DNA from: Eledone cirrhosa
Taxonomy: Eukaryota
Length of the DNA: 64,000 bases
Direction: 5' to 3'
Assembly (NCBI GenBank): GCA_964016885.1
Contig: OZ024742.1
Coordinates: 196,478,001 to 196,542,000, forward strand
How positions within the stretch are numbered: position 1 is the first letter of the stretch; every line of letters begins with the position of its first letter. Under the pieces are notes generated by a model. The model made no database searches. It saw only the letters and a list, made by a program, of their open reading frames with translations, and was not told the DNA's origin. Below, piece by piece: positions 12,228 to 25,890 of the stretch. The position numbers and the translations under genes are program-made.

Positions 12228-13685
12228 ATGTATAGGGGTATAAAACTGATGGATCAGGTTATGAAAGTGGCAGAAAGGATATTAGCACAACTAATTAGAG
12301 AAAGGGTCAAACTAGATGAGATGCAGTTTGGTTTTGTGCCTGGCAAGAGTACAACAGATGCCCTCTTCTTGGTGAGACAATTGCAAGAGAGGTTCTTAGA
12401 GAAAAATTAGCCACTATACTTAGCCTTTGTTGACCTAGAGAAGGCCTTTGATAGGGTACCCCGATCTGTCATCTGGTGGTCCCTAAGGAAACTAGGTGTT
12501 GAGGAATGGCTTGTGAGGACAGTGCAAACTTTGTACAGAGGTACTGTCAGTAAAGTCAGGGTAAGAATGGAGTTTAGTGAGGAATTCCAGATACAAGTAG
12601 GAGTACATCAGGGTTCGGTCCTCAGCCCGCTCTTGTTCATTATAGTCCTCCAAGCCATAACAGAGAGTTTAAGACTGGCTGTCCATGGGAGCTTCTCTAT
12701 GCTGACGATCTGGTTCTTATAGCAGAATCAGTAGAGGAGCTAGGGAATAAATTCTGGCTATGGACACAGCAATTGGAAGCAAGAGGACTGAGAGTGAACC
12801 TAGCTAAGACAAAAGTGTTGATAAGTAGAAAAGAGGACAAAACTCTGATTCTGTCAGGGAAATGGCCATGTTCGATATGCAGAAAAGGAACTGGCATAAA
12901 TTCTATAAAATGCACATAATGCAGATCCTGAGTATACAAGAGATGTAGCGGGATAGCAGGCAAACTAACAGGTAGGGAGAAATATGTATGCAGTAGATGT
13001 ACAGGGAAATTAGACAGTAGAAGTCGCATTGATAGACACATTTTTCAAATGCAGGAGGGTGCTATAGAAGTGGTGGATAGCTTCCGGTACCTAGGAGATC
13101 AGATTAGCATGGGAGGAGGGTGTTCTGAGGTCATAGTATCTAGAATAAGGATGGGTTGGAAGAAATTTAGGGAGCTGCTTCCTCTGCTGACGAAGAAGGG
13201 TTTCTCCCTGCGTACGAAAGGCCGGTTGTATGATGCCCGTGTGAGGAGCGCGATGCTGCATGGTAGTGAGACATGGGCAGCAACTGCAGAGGATATGCGA
13301 TGGCTGGAGAGAAATGAGGCAAGCATGCTCCGTTGGATGTGCAGTGTAAATGTGCGTGAATGACCCAGCATGAATGTGTTGAGAAGGATAGAATGTAGTG
13401 TACGGGAGAGGAGACTGAGGAGGTATGGACATGTGATGTGTATGGAGGATGACCGATGGGTGAAGAAGTGCCAGGAAATGCCAGTTGAAGGAAGATGTGG
13501 TAGAGGTAGACCACGAAAAACATGGACAGAGGTGGTGAGAACAGACCTCAGATCGTTGAAGCTCACGGTGGAGATGACAAAGGACAGTGACAAGTGGAGA
13601 GGTGCTGTGCTGAATAAGACCCGTCCCACCCTTGCGAGCAGGGAAGAGCGGACGTAAAATGATGATGATGATGATGATGATGATG
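12228..13685 (+). mobile_element. 5'-truncated degenerate RTE LINE (divergent subfamily)
   Basis: RT motifs with stops and frameshifts; (GAT)n tail; 5' end abuts (TA)n. Confidence 0.9.
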
Positions 13686-13687
13686 TG

Positions 13688-13950
13688 TGTGTGAGTTTAA
13701 TTCCTGGACTGGGCAATCCATTATGTCTTTGAGCAAGGCATCTTTATTTCACATTGCTCCAGTTCACTCAGCTGCAGAAATGAGTTGCAACTTCACTGGT
13801 GCTGAGCTGTATCGGCCTTTGCTTCTCTTTTGGACAACAGCAATGATATGGAGAGGAACAACTGTTATGCATGGGCTTGTGCCTTGGAGGGGATCTTTTT
13901 AGGTGCAAAACCCATGGTCATTTATGACTGAAGAAGCTCTTTACCCCTTT
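13688..13950 (+). mobile_element. SINE (B box + CORE-like domain), 5'-truncated
   Basis: GAGTTTAATTCC followed by TTGAGCAAGGCA...TTGCTCCAGTTCACTCAGCTG; similar to 28878-29022. Confidence 0.6.
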
Positions 13951-15576
13951 ATATATACATATATATATGAAAAGCAGGTATGGTTAAGAAGCCACAACAG
14001 CTTCCTAAGCATACCCACTTATGTATATATCATCATCATTGTTTAACATCTGTTATTCTTAAAATTCTGGTTTCAGTTGTTATACTGTGGCCATGTTTGG
14101 GCACTTCCTTGATTTAGTCAATCAAAACAGCACAGCTCCCATGATTCTCGGAAATATTTTTTCATGCTCAGAGTTGCTGAAGCATAGAACAAACTACCTG
14201 CATCAGTTGTTAGCTGCCAAGACACTGCATACTTTAAAACCTCCATGCTTCCTGAAATTCGCCAACCCTACACCTTATCTTGCCCCTCCATACATACCCA
14301 CACATATATATCATGACTCATGCACTGTTCACTTTCCAGACATTTGTACATTATTCTATGTGCTATACATGCACCTTTGATGAGTTGTAGTGCACCAGAG
14401 CATTGTACACAATAATTTCATTATTATTATATCATTATATATTAACCACTGTATCTATTTCTCAAATCTGGTGCTTATTTTATCGATCTCTTTTTGTTGA
14501 ACTGCTAATTTACAGGACATAAACACAGACAAACATAAACATATGTACATGTGTGTGTGCTAATGTTTTGAAGTGTTCCCAACTCCATCTCAATGATAGA
14601 CAGAGTTCTCATATGCCAAACAAATGAGATGAAGAAATTCATTATGAAGGAAGAATGTATCTCCTCTTAAAGCTACTATCAATCAATTTATCAAAGAAGA
14701 TAAAATATACACAAATGTAGAAATGATTGAGATGATAATATTTACATAAGAATTGTCAAAAACCAGATCCAGCCCAATCAATTGTATTCTAGGGAGGTGA
14801 TGGGAAGAGGTGAGATGGTCTTACTCCTTTCCCCTGGGTAAGTAGATGTCATATATAGAATTTCCAGCATCTGGGATGCCATGGCGAAGTTGAGGGTTTC
14901 CCCATCCATAGTTTGAACAGAATAAAATTTTAAAATACCAAGAATTATTGGTAAACTATTTTTTTCAGCCTGTGATTTGTAGGAGTGTGACACTGCTAAC
15001 AAGGTCCTTGTTGTTGTTGGCAGCTCACCTTACCGGCATATCAGGTAATGTTCTTTGTGAGGTTGCTTGGTTATTTCAGCATCTTAGCCTTGCTATCACG
15101 TGTGGCAATGTTGTAAGTGAGTTGGCTTGCCTCGAAAATTATTTGAGGGAAAATCCAGTGCCTCTTGTTGCAGCATGCATGTGTGTTTTCTACTTTTCTT
15201 CCTTTATATGAATTTGTTTATTTTATGCATTCTATTGAGATAAACAGAATTTTCATAACATAAATTATCTCTTTGATATGGACTCTGAGTCACTTCCATG
15301 TTTCTTTGTTACTATGGAATCCATATTGGAATTTGATGTAATAGAATATGTTTGTATATATTGACCTGTAACTCCCGATGGAGTCGTAGGATCACTGTCA
15401 TGATATTTGTCAGGTCTTGGACACTTTAAACCTGGCAGAGCCCATCCTCTATCCAGGTTAGAACACAGCCAATTTCTTCCAGAGAGAGAGAGAACTGACC
15501 CCAGTAATAGACTGCTACATTTTAACCAACATTGAAAGGATAAAAGCAAAGTTGACCATGGTCCAATTTGTTCAGC

Positions 15577-16224
15577 TTAACCTCTTTGATAGAAACGTAC
15601 CTGAAACCATCTTGCTATATATAATACAAAAATTCTCATTTTGAAGAGCATTTAAACCGGCTGTATCCAGCCAGAATTCTCTCACCTCTTTCTGTTCAAA
15701 CCAGCTGTAACCAGGTGCTTATACTGATGTTAAGGTATTGTTTTCAAAATAAATAATATCAAAATCTCATAGATTCAATATTATGTGAGATAATTATGTG
15801 AGGTAAAGCTTTTACTGTGAAAATATAATAGTATATATAGAGTAATGTAAATGTTAAGGGTTAAACTAAAACCTCCTAACATAATTTTAGTTAAGAAACT
15901 TTTTTTAAGTACCAGATGCTCACATCTAGGCTGCATATCATCACACGAATCATGATAGTTGAGTAAAACATCAAAAGGGTTAAAGTGATAGAAAATGATA
16001 TAATTTTTCTTATGTCAGAATTGTTTAAAGTGTTTATATTTATCTAAAAACCTTCCATCATAATTCTATGCAAGAACATTCATTAAGTTATTCTTTAAAC
16101 ACCAGCATAATACTGAGAAAGTTAATTATATTACTAAATCTGTACAAATTCTTGATCATTTCCAAAATTATTTGAAAATCAGAGGAAATGTCTTTTATTA
16201 GAATTATGGTAATGAAAGGGTTAA
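15577..16224. mobile_element. Nested cluster of piggyBac-like TTAA MITEs
   Basis: TTAA-CCTCTTTGAT start and three ends in (A)AGGG-TTAA near 15864, 15983 and 16224; 15647-15864 matches the 16762 MITE. Confidence 0.55.
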
Positions 16225-16761
16225 TGTTTGTGTATAGTTAACACTGTTTATTCTCAATACATGTGTTTCATTTACAAAGTTGGCTTAAAAAACCATTGAT
16301 AATTACATAAATATGAAAAAGAAAGATAAAAACAAAATAAAGTAATGAGAAAATGGGGAAGGTTTAAAGAAGGGCAGATATGGCTGTTTGGGAAAGTAGA
16401 AGAAAGGACTATAAATACCATAATTGAGAGGAAAAGGAGGGAAAAAGCAAGAGTTCATGGCACAGAAAAAATGATGGGGGAAGCGGAGAGGGTGAATGAG
16501 CTTTGGGCCTAGAGCAAGGTGTTGTTTATCCTCTGTTTTGTTTGCTTCATCGTTACCCTCTCTGATATATGTTGGTCCATCCAGGATATTCTGCATTATT
16601 TCTGAATGTTTGAGTTGAGTCCTCTATGTTGTGTTCTCTATTTTGTCTGCATCACTATTATCTTTTTCCATGTACATTATTCCATCTTAAAACGAGATTT
16701 TCAGTGTTGTTAGTTGCTACACTTTCAATTCTTAGTCTAAGCACTTCCACTTTAAGTTTAA

Positions 16762-16982
16762 CTCTTTAGTATTTAAACCGGCTATATCTGGCCAGAATTC
16801 TCTCACCTCTTTCTGTTTAAAGTGGCCATAACTAGCCACTCATATTGATGTTGAGGTATTGTTCTCAAAATAAATAATATCAAAATCTCATAGATTAGAT
16901 ATTATGTGAGATAATTATGTGAGATAAAGCCTTTACTGTGAAAATACAATAGTAAATATAGAGTAATGTGAATACTAAAAGG
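16762..16982. mobile_element. piggyBac-like MITE
   Basis: TTAA on both sides; TIRs CTCTTTAGTATT / AATACTAAAAGG; copies at 15647 and, inverted, 31486. Confidence 0.8.
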
Positions 16983-17289
16983 TTAATGCACACTTACAGC
17001 AGCTTCCATATATGTTTTACGATGTTTGGTAGGTGGATTCTTTTATAATATGTTAGCTTTACTGGGGTGTCAGGTGATGCCCATGAGGGTGCTTGGTTGT
17101 TTCAGCACCTTAGCGTTACCATCACCTGCTGTAATGCTGTGAGCATGTTGGCTTGCCTCAAAAATATCCAATGACCCTTGTGGTGTGTGACCAATTGATG
17201 TATTTAGCATTGAATTGATGGCTTTTTTCCCCTTTTTTTCTCATTTTGGTTATATATTTTAAAGTATTATATTTATAAGGATCTTTATG

Positions 17290-17480
17290 GTCGGTGGATT
17301 GGCAGTATTGGTAGAGTATCGGACACCATTGCTTTGCTGCATAGAGTTACGGCCCTTTACGTACTGAGTTCAAATCCTGCCGAAGTAAACTTTACCTTTC
17401 ATCCTTACAGGGTCAATAAAATAAAACACCAGTAACGCACTGGAGTAATTGCTGGCCTTGTGCCAAATGTAGAAACAATT
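17290..17480 (+). mobile_element. tRNA-derived SINE
   Basis: A-box-like TGGCAGTATTGG and B box GAGTTCAAATCC; matches 61933-62117. Confidence 0.8.
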
Positions 17481-17896
17481 ATATTTATAAGGCTCCTAGC
17501 AATAATTAATTGATTGTATGCATGTAATTCTATTTAATGTTATATATTTAAATTATATGAGAACAACAAAGTAAATAGACAATTTTCATACTTTGACTTG
17601 AGTTGTCCTGTCTTTCCATATAAATGTTGTGCTATTTTAAAAAGCAATGCAAATAAGACATAAAATTTTAAAATAATCACAAAGTTGTCAGAATTGAATT
17701 AGTCCATGATATATTTCAGGAGAAATATTTAGGAAGCTATGAAGCAGAAAAAAATTATTTTTAACTATAAATGGGGTTAAAGGACTGCATGGTATGGAGT
17801 AATGTGAGTTGTTTTTATTCAATTGTTTCTCAGTCGTAGTGTTCTGGTGTTGTGAGTGAATAAGATGGTTAAGTGTCCATAAATGGTCTATGTATG

Positions 17897-17930
<34 letters not shown>

Positions 17931-17941
17931 AATATATGTAT

Positions 17942-18272
17942 GTTATCTCTTTCTCTTAATTTCGAGTATATTTTTTTGACCGGCCACCTTCCTGGTGGCA
18001 AGGTTGTAAAAGAAAAGAAATTGTCATCCCTTGAATCGCAAGAATGTTTTGCAAATTTTGAAGGTGCCAGCTATCGCAGCCATTTGTAGACTAGGAATTA
18101 GAGAGCTGCGCTCTTTGTCCGCAAATCCAAGTTCAGTCATACTTTGGTCCAAGCGGGTTGGTATATAACCCGTAGCTCCAATAATGATGGGTATGAAGCT
18201 AAAGGTGTATCTTGGATACTGCATTTGTAAACTCCTCATCAATGGTCCGTAGATGTCCTCCTTCTCCTTCTC
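17942..18272 (-). mobile_element. R4/Dong-type LINE 3' end (second RLE family)
   Basis: RLE C-terminus FIPIIIGATGY...LQMAAIAGTFKICKTFL; its 3' part is nearly identical to 49828-50015. Confidence 0.8.
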
Positions 18273-18300
18273 TGTATGTATGTATGTATATTTATATATT

Positions 18301-19169
18301 TACTAGCAGTGGTACCTGGCGTTGCACGGGATAAGGTATTTTGGAAAGCGGGCCGCCAACAGATCTAATCGTGGAAAAACTGCATGCCTGGACAATATGT
18401 AAAGAAAATAAACCGAATACTCTGATGGCTGGATAATCTTTAAGATTTTCCTCGATGAAGCAGGAAAAATGCAGGTTTTCACCTAACGTGGGCCCTAGGG
18501 GATCAAGAAAATGAATTTTTTTTGTGTGCATAATATGCCTTGAAATTTTAGGAAAATCGGCTAGACGTAACGCCTCAAAAAAGCCCTAAAAAGCTGAAAA
18601 AAATGAAGTTTTTCACCTAATGTGGACCCTAGGCCATAAAAAAGTTGGATTTTGTTTGCTCACAGTATGAAGAAAAGACTGACTAATACATAGTTACAAT
18701 TTCAAGAAATCAGTCTGACGTAACGACTCAAAAAAAACCTAAAACCTGAAAAAAGGCAGTTAGGGGGATCAAAAAGTTGAATTTTTTTTGTGCATAAGAC
18801 TCCTTCAAACATAAATAATACGCATGTAAAATTTGAAAAAAGTCGGTTGGGTACTTCTCGAGTTTTAGGGATTCAAACTCACACACACACACAGACAGAC
18901 ATCCTCAGGGAAGTGACGTAATACAGACAGATATTATAAGGGCGCGACGTTATATATATCTATCTAAAAAGAGAAAAACTAAGAATTATAGAGAGAGATC
19001 GCTAAATCGCCTAATGCGGTCCTTAGGGCATTGAAAATTCGAATTCTTTTTGCTCAGAACACTCCCTGAAACATAAGTATTACATGTATAAAATTTGAAA
19101 GCAGTCAGTTGGGTGGTTCTTGAGTTTTAAGGAGTCAAACTCACACACACACACAGACAGACATCCTCA

Positions 19170-19175
<6 letters not shown>
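18301..19175 (+). mobile_element. Non-autonomous Helitron/Helentron-associated (HINE/Lep1-like) element
   Basis: Starts TACTAGCAG..ACCTGGCGTTGCACGGG; internal tandem subrepeats; the terminal block AAATTTGAAA...ACAGACAGACATCCTCAG occurs twice; AT-rich flanks. Confidence 0.6.
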
Positions 19176-19221
<46 letters not shown>

Positions 19222-19575
19222 GGTGAGTGTAAAACTCTTCTTTCAGTACTGAGTACTCTTTTTGCCTACTTATTTACACTTAGGTATCTGTACATATACA
19301 TAGATGTGATTGGATGTGTATGTGTGTACGTGCATGTATGTGTATGTTTGTGTATATATGTGTGTTTAGTATGTATGCATATATATGTATGTATATGTAT
19401 ATGTGTGTATGTATGTATGTATATCCATATATGTATGTGTATATGTATATGCATGTGTGTATGTGTGTATGTGTCTATATGTGTGTGTATATGTATAGGC
19501 ATTTGTATGTATGTGTATGTATGTATGTGTATATGTATGTGTATGTATGTATGTATGTATGTGTGTGTATGTATG

Positions 19576-19622
<47 letters not shown>

Positions 19623-19732
19623 ATGTATGTGCGTATTTGTGTATAGATGTATATGTGTGTGTATGTATGTATATATATATATATATATATACGATATTAA
19701 ACAAATGGAAACTATATTTATAAAACCATATT

Positions 19733-19798
19733 TATTTCATTATACATATTTCAGGGATACCATATTAAAAATATGGCATGCCTTCGTCAGATAAAATA
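19733..19798 (-). ncRNA. Type I hammerhead ribozyme (intact core)
   Basis: UAUUUUAU-CUGACGA-AGG c AUGCCAUAUU uuu AAUAUGGUAU c CCU-GAAA-U augu A-UA/AUGAAAUA. Confidence 0.8.
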
Positions 19799-20214
19799 CA
19801 ATATATAAACAGTTTTATAAATAATTTTGACGTACCATAAATATAAGCGACCATTAAGGTAGGAAGCTGGCTTGGTAGTGAAGTGTTTATAAATATTTAG
19901 TTATAGTGTTAAGCACAGTTAGAAAGAAAGATGGAGAGAAAGAAGAAATGTATGTAAAGAAAAACAGAGAGAAATAGAGAGAAATAGGGGAGAGAGAAAG
20001 AGGGATGAGGTGAAAAAAGAGAGGCAACCGAAAGCAACAGATGAATAATAATAATTCACCATACAAATAGAGAGATTTAAGAGAGAGGGAGTACGGTAAT
20101 TATTTAGTTATAGTGTTAAGCACAGTTAGAGAAGAGACGGAGAGAAAGAAAAAAATGGAGATGAAGAGAAAACAGAGAGAGAGAGAGAGAGGTGGGAGGA
20201 AAAGAAAGAGGTAG

Positions 20215-20246
<32 letters not shown>

Positions 20247-20254
<8 letters not shown>

Positions 20255-23068
20255 TACTGCTCTAACAAACGACAATGACTTCCTAATCATCGCAGGAGAT
20301 TTTAACGGACATGTAGGTAAACACTGTGACGGCTTCAATAGAGTCTATGGAGGCCATGGGGTTGGCACAAGAAATGAAGAAGGATTCAGACTTCTAGAAT
20401 TCTGCGACGCCAATGACGTGTCGATATGTAACACAACCTTCAAAAAACCCAACAACCACCTGATCACCTATAGATCAGGGGAGCATTCAAGTCAGATAGA
20501 TTTTATCCTCATCAGAGGACGTGACAGATGGACGGTCGTAAACACAAAAGCCTACCTTAGTGAGGAATGTACCTCCCAACATAACTTAGTTGTCAGCGAC
20601 TTCACGGTCAGAACTAGACGAACCTGGAAACAGAGGCCAACCTGGAGAAGAAAGATCTGGAAGCTGAAAGACCCCTCAGCCAGTAACAGATTTAAAGATA
20701 TTTTACTCAACGCCTACAACAGTAAAGAAGAACAGATAGAGACATTCAATGTAGAAGAGCACTGGGAGTTCCTAACAAATAACTTACTAGAGGCGACGGA
20801 TGAGATCTGTGGCTGGAGTAAGACCACAAGCAGGAGGAGAGTGACTTGGTGGTGGAACAATAAGGTAGATGAGGCAGTTAAGGCCAAGAGACAGGCATGG
20901 AAAGAATGGAAGAACGGGGGGAGCAGGGTATATTACATAGAGACCAAGAGGGAAGCTAGGTGACAAGTATACTTAGCTAGGAAGGAAGCAGAGGATAGAA
21001 AATTCAAGCATGTTTTGGCAACGTGAAGACCAGAAACAGGAGGTGTTCAAGATTGCGATGCAGTGTGTCAGAGAGAATTGTGATGTCATTGGAGAGGTGT
21101 ATCCGGAATGATAAAGGTGAGCTTGCCCTCACAAGTGCTGAGAAGAAAGATGCATGGAAGAGCCATTATGATAGATTACTAAATGAGGAGAATGCATGGG
21201 AAGAAGAGACCCTACCCCAAGTAGAGCCTATAGAGGGGCCAGCAGTATAAGTCAGCAGCAGCGTAGTAAGTAAGGCAATCAAATATATGAAGATAGGGAA
21301 GGCAACCGGTCCATCAGGTATAGCTGCCGAGATGCTGAAGGCATCTGGGTCTGTAGGTTACACTATAACCACACGTATTGTTAACCAGGTAATACTAGCA
21401 GGTGTCATACCAAAAGATTGGTGCAGTAGCATCATTGTCAACTGCTACAAAGGTAAAGGTGATGCACTAGATAGAGGAAACTATAGAGGTATAAACTGAT
21501 GGACCAGGTCATGAAAGTAACAGAAAGAGTTATAGCACAATTGATTAGGGACCGGGTGAAACTAGATAAGATGCAATTTGGGTTTGTACCAGGAAGAGGC
21601 ACTACTGATGCTCTCTTCCTTGTGAGGCAGTTACAGGAAAAGTACCTAGCTAAAAGTAAGCCACTCTACCTGGCATTCGTCGATCTCGAGAAAGCCTTTG
21701 ACAGAGTTCCACGTGCTGTAATCTGGTGGGCTCTTAGAAAACTAGGAGTAGATGAATGGCTTGTGAAAGCTGTACAAGCCATGTATAGGGGAGCAGTCAG
21801 CAAAGTTAGGATTAGCAATGAGTGTAGCATAGTTCTGCAGGCAATAACGGAGGAGTTTAAGACCGGATGCCCATGGGAACTCCTGTATGCTGATGACCTC
21901 GCACTTATAGCTGAATCTATGGTAGAAATAGAGAAGAAATTCCAAACTTGGAAGCAGGGACTAGAAAGTAAGTGTCTCAAAGTCAACATGACAAAGACTA
22001 AGGTCCTTGTAAGTAAACGAGAAAACAGAACCCAGATCCCCTCAGGGAAATGGCCTTGCTCAGTATGTAGGAAAGGTGTAGGTAGGAACTCCATTCTCTG
22101 CCCCAAATGCAAACAATGGGTACACAAGAGATGTAGCAGGATCTCAGGAAGCTTAATTAAGAATGTAGGCTTCACATGCAGCAGCTGTGCTGGGACAGCA
22201 AGCAGCAACAGCCACAGGAAACAAGTACCACCAATCTCTGGGAGGGCTCTGTAGAAACAGTAGACAGCTTCTGCTACCTAGGTGGCCGAATTAGCAGCGG
22301 AGGTGGGTGTTCAGAAAGTACAATAACTAGGGTAAGAACGGGATGGAAGAAGTTCAGGAAACTACTGCCACTGCTAGCTGCAAAACGCTTCTTCCTCAAA
22401 ATGAAAGGCAGACTGTATGATGCGTGTATACGAACAGCAATGTTACATGGTAGTGAGACCTAGACGCTGAAGGTGGAAGTCTTACGTAGATTAGAGAGAA
22501 ACGAAGCCTGCATGCTCTGATGGATGTGTAATAGTAATATACGCGAACGACAAAGCATAAATGAATTGAGAGAGAGACTGAGCATAAGAGGAATCAAATG
22601 CTGTCTGCAGGAGAGGTGGTTGTGTTGGTATGGACATGTGATGCGTATGAAGGATGACAGCTGCATAAAAAGGTGCAGATCACTAGAAGTCAATGGAAAC
22701 CAAAGAAGACCTGGGGTGAGGTGATAAAAGCCGACCTTACCCAATTACACACGACCGTGACCTCTGGCGTCACGCAGTAATACAGAGTACCCGACTTCCA
22801 ATGGGTACAAGCTGAAGCATATAGACAATATGCCCCCACACCCTCCCACTGCAAGGTGGTCGTGGAGGCGCCACGGAAAAAGCACCCAGCACTCACTGTA
22901 AATGAGATTGGTGTTAGGAAGGGCATGCAGCTGTAGAAATCAAGCCAAAATCCTGTATGAGCAAGGCATGGTCAGCCGACCAGACACGCCCACAACAGGA
23001 CAACCCGTCTAACCCATGCTAGCATGGAAGAACAGACGTAAAACGGTGATGATGATGATGATGATGAT
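20247..23068 (+). mobile_element. RTE LINE, defective sister copy of 4078-7249
   Basis: Colinear and over 90% identical by eye; stops, frameshifts and an internal deletion of the QGSVLSP motif near 21826; (GAT)n tail. Confidence 0.95.
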
Positions 23069-23866
23069 GTATGTATGTGTGTATGTATGTGTATGTATGT
23101 GTATATATGTGTGTATATGTGTATCTATGTGTGTGTATGTATATGTATGTGTGTATGTGTGTATGTGTGTATATATGTATGTATATGTATGTATGTATGC
23201 ATATGTATATGTGTGTGTGTAGGTGTATGTATGTATGTGTGTATGTATGTATGTGTGTGTATAATATGTGTGTATATGTGTATCTATGTGTGTATGTATA
23301 TGTGTGTATGTATATGTGTGTATGTATGTGTGTATGTGTGTATGTATGTATGTATATGTATGTATGTATGCATATGTATATGTGTGTGTAGGTGTATGTG
23401 TGTATATATGTGTGTGTATGCATGTATGTGTGTATGTGTGTATGTGTGTATGTATGTATGTGTGTGTATGTATCTATGTATATGTGTGATGTATATGTAT
23501 ATATGTATATGTATATATGTATGTATCTGTGTGTAGGTGTGTGTATGTATGTGTATGTGTGTATGTATATGTGTTGTATAACAATAATGAGACAAGTGGT
23601 AATATAGAAATTTAATCACAACTGCCACCCACCCTCTTATATACCTTACTTCAGGTGCAAAAAATAACCAACATACCTACAAACTACAACAGAACTAATT
23701 AGATTTACCTACATTCAAGAGCCATGCAAGCCTCTCATTTACTTAATCATTGATAAATGGTGCACACATACACATATACATCATATATATATATATATAC
23801 ATATATATACAAACATATACACACACATATATATGTTTATATATAGACACATACATAAATACATTT

Positions 23867-23903
<37 letters not shown>

Positions 23904-23914
23904 ATACACATACA

Positions 23915-23950
<36 letters not shown>

Positions 23951-24640
23951 CATGCATATATATATTTGTTTATATAAGTTTGTATGTATATACAGACACA
24001 CTCACAAACACACAGGGTCTCTTTGCTTTGTTTTGCTGAAGTGGTCAGTTGGAGTGAAGAAATAGCGGTAATCTACCAGGGATGGCCTCAAGCTCTTCTC
24101 TCTATTTATTTCGTGTAGGTAACCTGACACACACAGATACACACTCAGCAACACAATGACACCCACGTTACCGCGTGCACACACACCCACAGACATACAC
24201 ACCCACACACACACACCACACCTGCCGACACCACCCACATGATGAACACCCACAGACATACAGTTAAATACACATGTACAGCAAGCATACAGAGTGCATA
24301 TACACACACACAGACACATATATACTGCACATAAACACACAGCGACACATCCACCAAACATACACACACTCACAAACATCCAGCACACCCACATGTTGAA
24401 CACACACAGACATACACAGTTAGATACACATGCACAGTATGCATACAGAGTACATATGCACACACACCAAACCATACACACACACACACACACACACAGA
24501 CATACACATATACACACACACCAAAACATACTCACACAGCAAAGCATACACACACACCTATACACAGCACACAAACACACAGCGACACACCCACCAAATG
24601 TACACATGCACACATATAAACACACATATTATATGTATTG
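23068..24640. repeat. Compound (TG/TATG/TA/CA)n microsatellite region
   Basis: Low-complexity RY alternation; the ORFs predicted here are artefacts. Confidence 0.9.
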
Positions 24641-24816
24641 AGTACTATATGTATGATCATATATATAACACCTCCACCAAGTGGAATAGAACAAGATGCA
24701 TATATATATATATATATATCGTCCAAACCCATGCAAGCGTGGAACACGGACGTTAAACGTTGATGATGATGATGATGATGATATACATATAGTATATATA
24801 TAATCTATATATATAT

Positions 24817-24849
<33 letters not shown>

Positions 24850-24850
<1 letters not shown>

Positions 24851-25287
24851 GTTAAAAGAATAGAGGTGTAACACACAAGTTATTATATATTGGTAAATGG
24901 AATAGAAAATGCTGACAAATTGTTCACAGTTGAAAAATGGTTTAATTAGGAATAAAAGAGTATTAGTGATTGTATGGGTTAGTATTCAGTTGTGGTTTTA
25001 AGTTTTTAAGTTTTTACCGGTTGCGCATTTCAAAATGCTTTTCAAAAATAATTTTGAGATAGAGTGTCCGTGCTGTTTGCTCAGATCAGAGCAAACAGCA
25101 CGGACACTCTATCTCAAAATTATTTTTGAAAAGCATTTTGAAATGCGCAACCGGTAAAAACTTAAAAACTTAAAACCACAACTGAATACTAACCCATACA
25201 ATCACTAATACTCTTTTATTCCTAATTAAACCCTTTTTCAACTGTGAACAATTTGTCAGCATTTTCTATTCCGTTTACCAATATATA
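24850..25287. repeat. Fold-back palindrome P1 (about 199-bp arms, 6-nt centre, about 35-nt extension on the left)
   Basis: 24884-25082 is the reverse complement of 25089-25287 with 2 mismatches; flanked by (TA)n. Confidence 0.95.
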
Positions 25288-25305
25288 TATATATATATAT
25301 ATATA

Positions 25306-25890
25306 TTTCGTTTCTGAATTTGTTTAGCAAGATTCTTTATCTGAAATCGTGTGTTGAAACCGATATTGTTATACTTTGGGAGGGTCATGTTGCCAATAAG
25401 AAACACACGCACCAGTTGCTTTCACTTCAATTTAATTTATTAAATATTTATAAATTTACAAATTTATAAATTTCTGGTTGGTTGGTTGGTTCCACAACCA
25501 GATAGTTGTTTATATATATATAGTCATAGTTCTTTCGTCACACACTCTGTGACCTCTTCAGTGACTGGGGATTTCGTTCTTCGTTTCTGTGTCTTTCCTT
25601 TCTTCTATCCTACGCCATTTTGTTTGCGTAGGATAGAAGAAAGGAAAGACACAGAAACGAAGAACGAAATCCCCAGTCACTGAAGAGGTCACAGAGTGTG
25701 TGACGAAAGAACTATGACTATATATATATATATATATATATAAACAACTATCTGGTTGTGGAACCAACCAACCAACCAGAAATTTATAAATTTGTAAATT
25801 TATAAATATTTAATAAATTAAATTGAAGTGAAAGCAACTGGTGCGTGTGTTTCTTATTGGCAACATGACCCTCCCAAAGTATAACAATAT
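25306..25890. repeat. Fold-back palindrome P2 (about 255-bp arms, 10-nt spacer, about 55-nt extension) with an HHR in each arm
   Basis: 25363-25615 versus 25626-25890; arms differ only in internal (TA)n length. Confidence 0.95.
25675..25719 (+). ncRNA. Minimal type I hammerhead ribozyme (mirror copy at 25522-25566, minus strand)
   Basis: AGUCA-CUGAAGA-g-GUCACA gagug UGUGAC-GAAA-G aa C-UA/UGACU. Confidence 0.75.

Noticed and set aside
15265-15436. Possible host terminal exon on the minus strand (CPRPDKYHDSD...SKR*)
   Set aside because: Weak acceptor, no recognisable domain and no partner exons; it would need RNA-seq support.
19120-24874. Many ORFs rich in YI, CV, HT or MY repeats (also elsewhere, including the poly-His/Asp ORFs at 30426-31042)
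   Set aside because: Translations of stop-free microsatellites, not genes.
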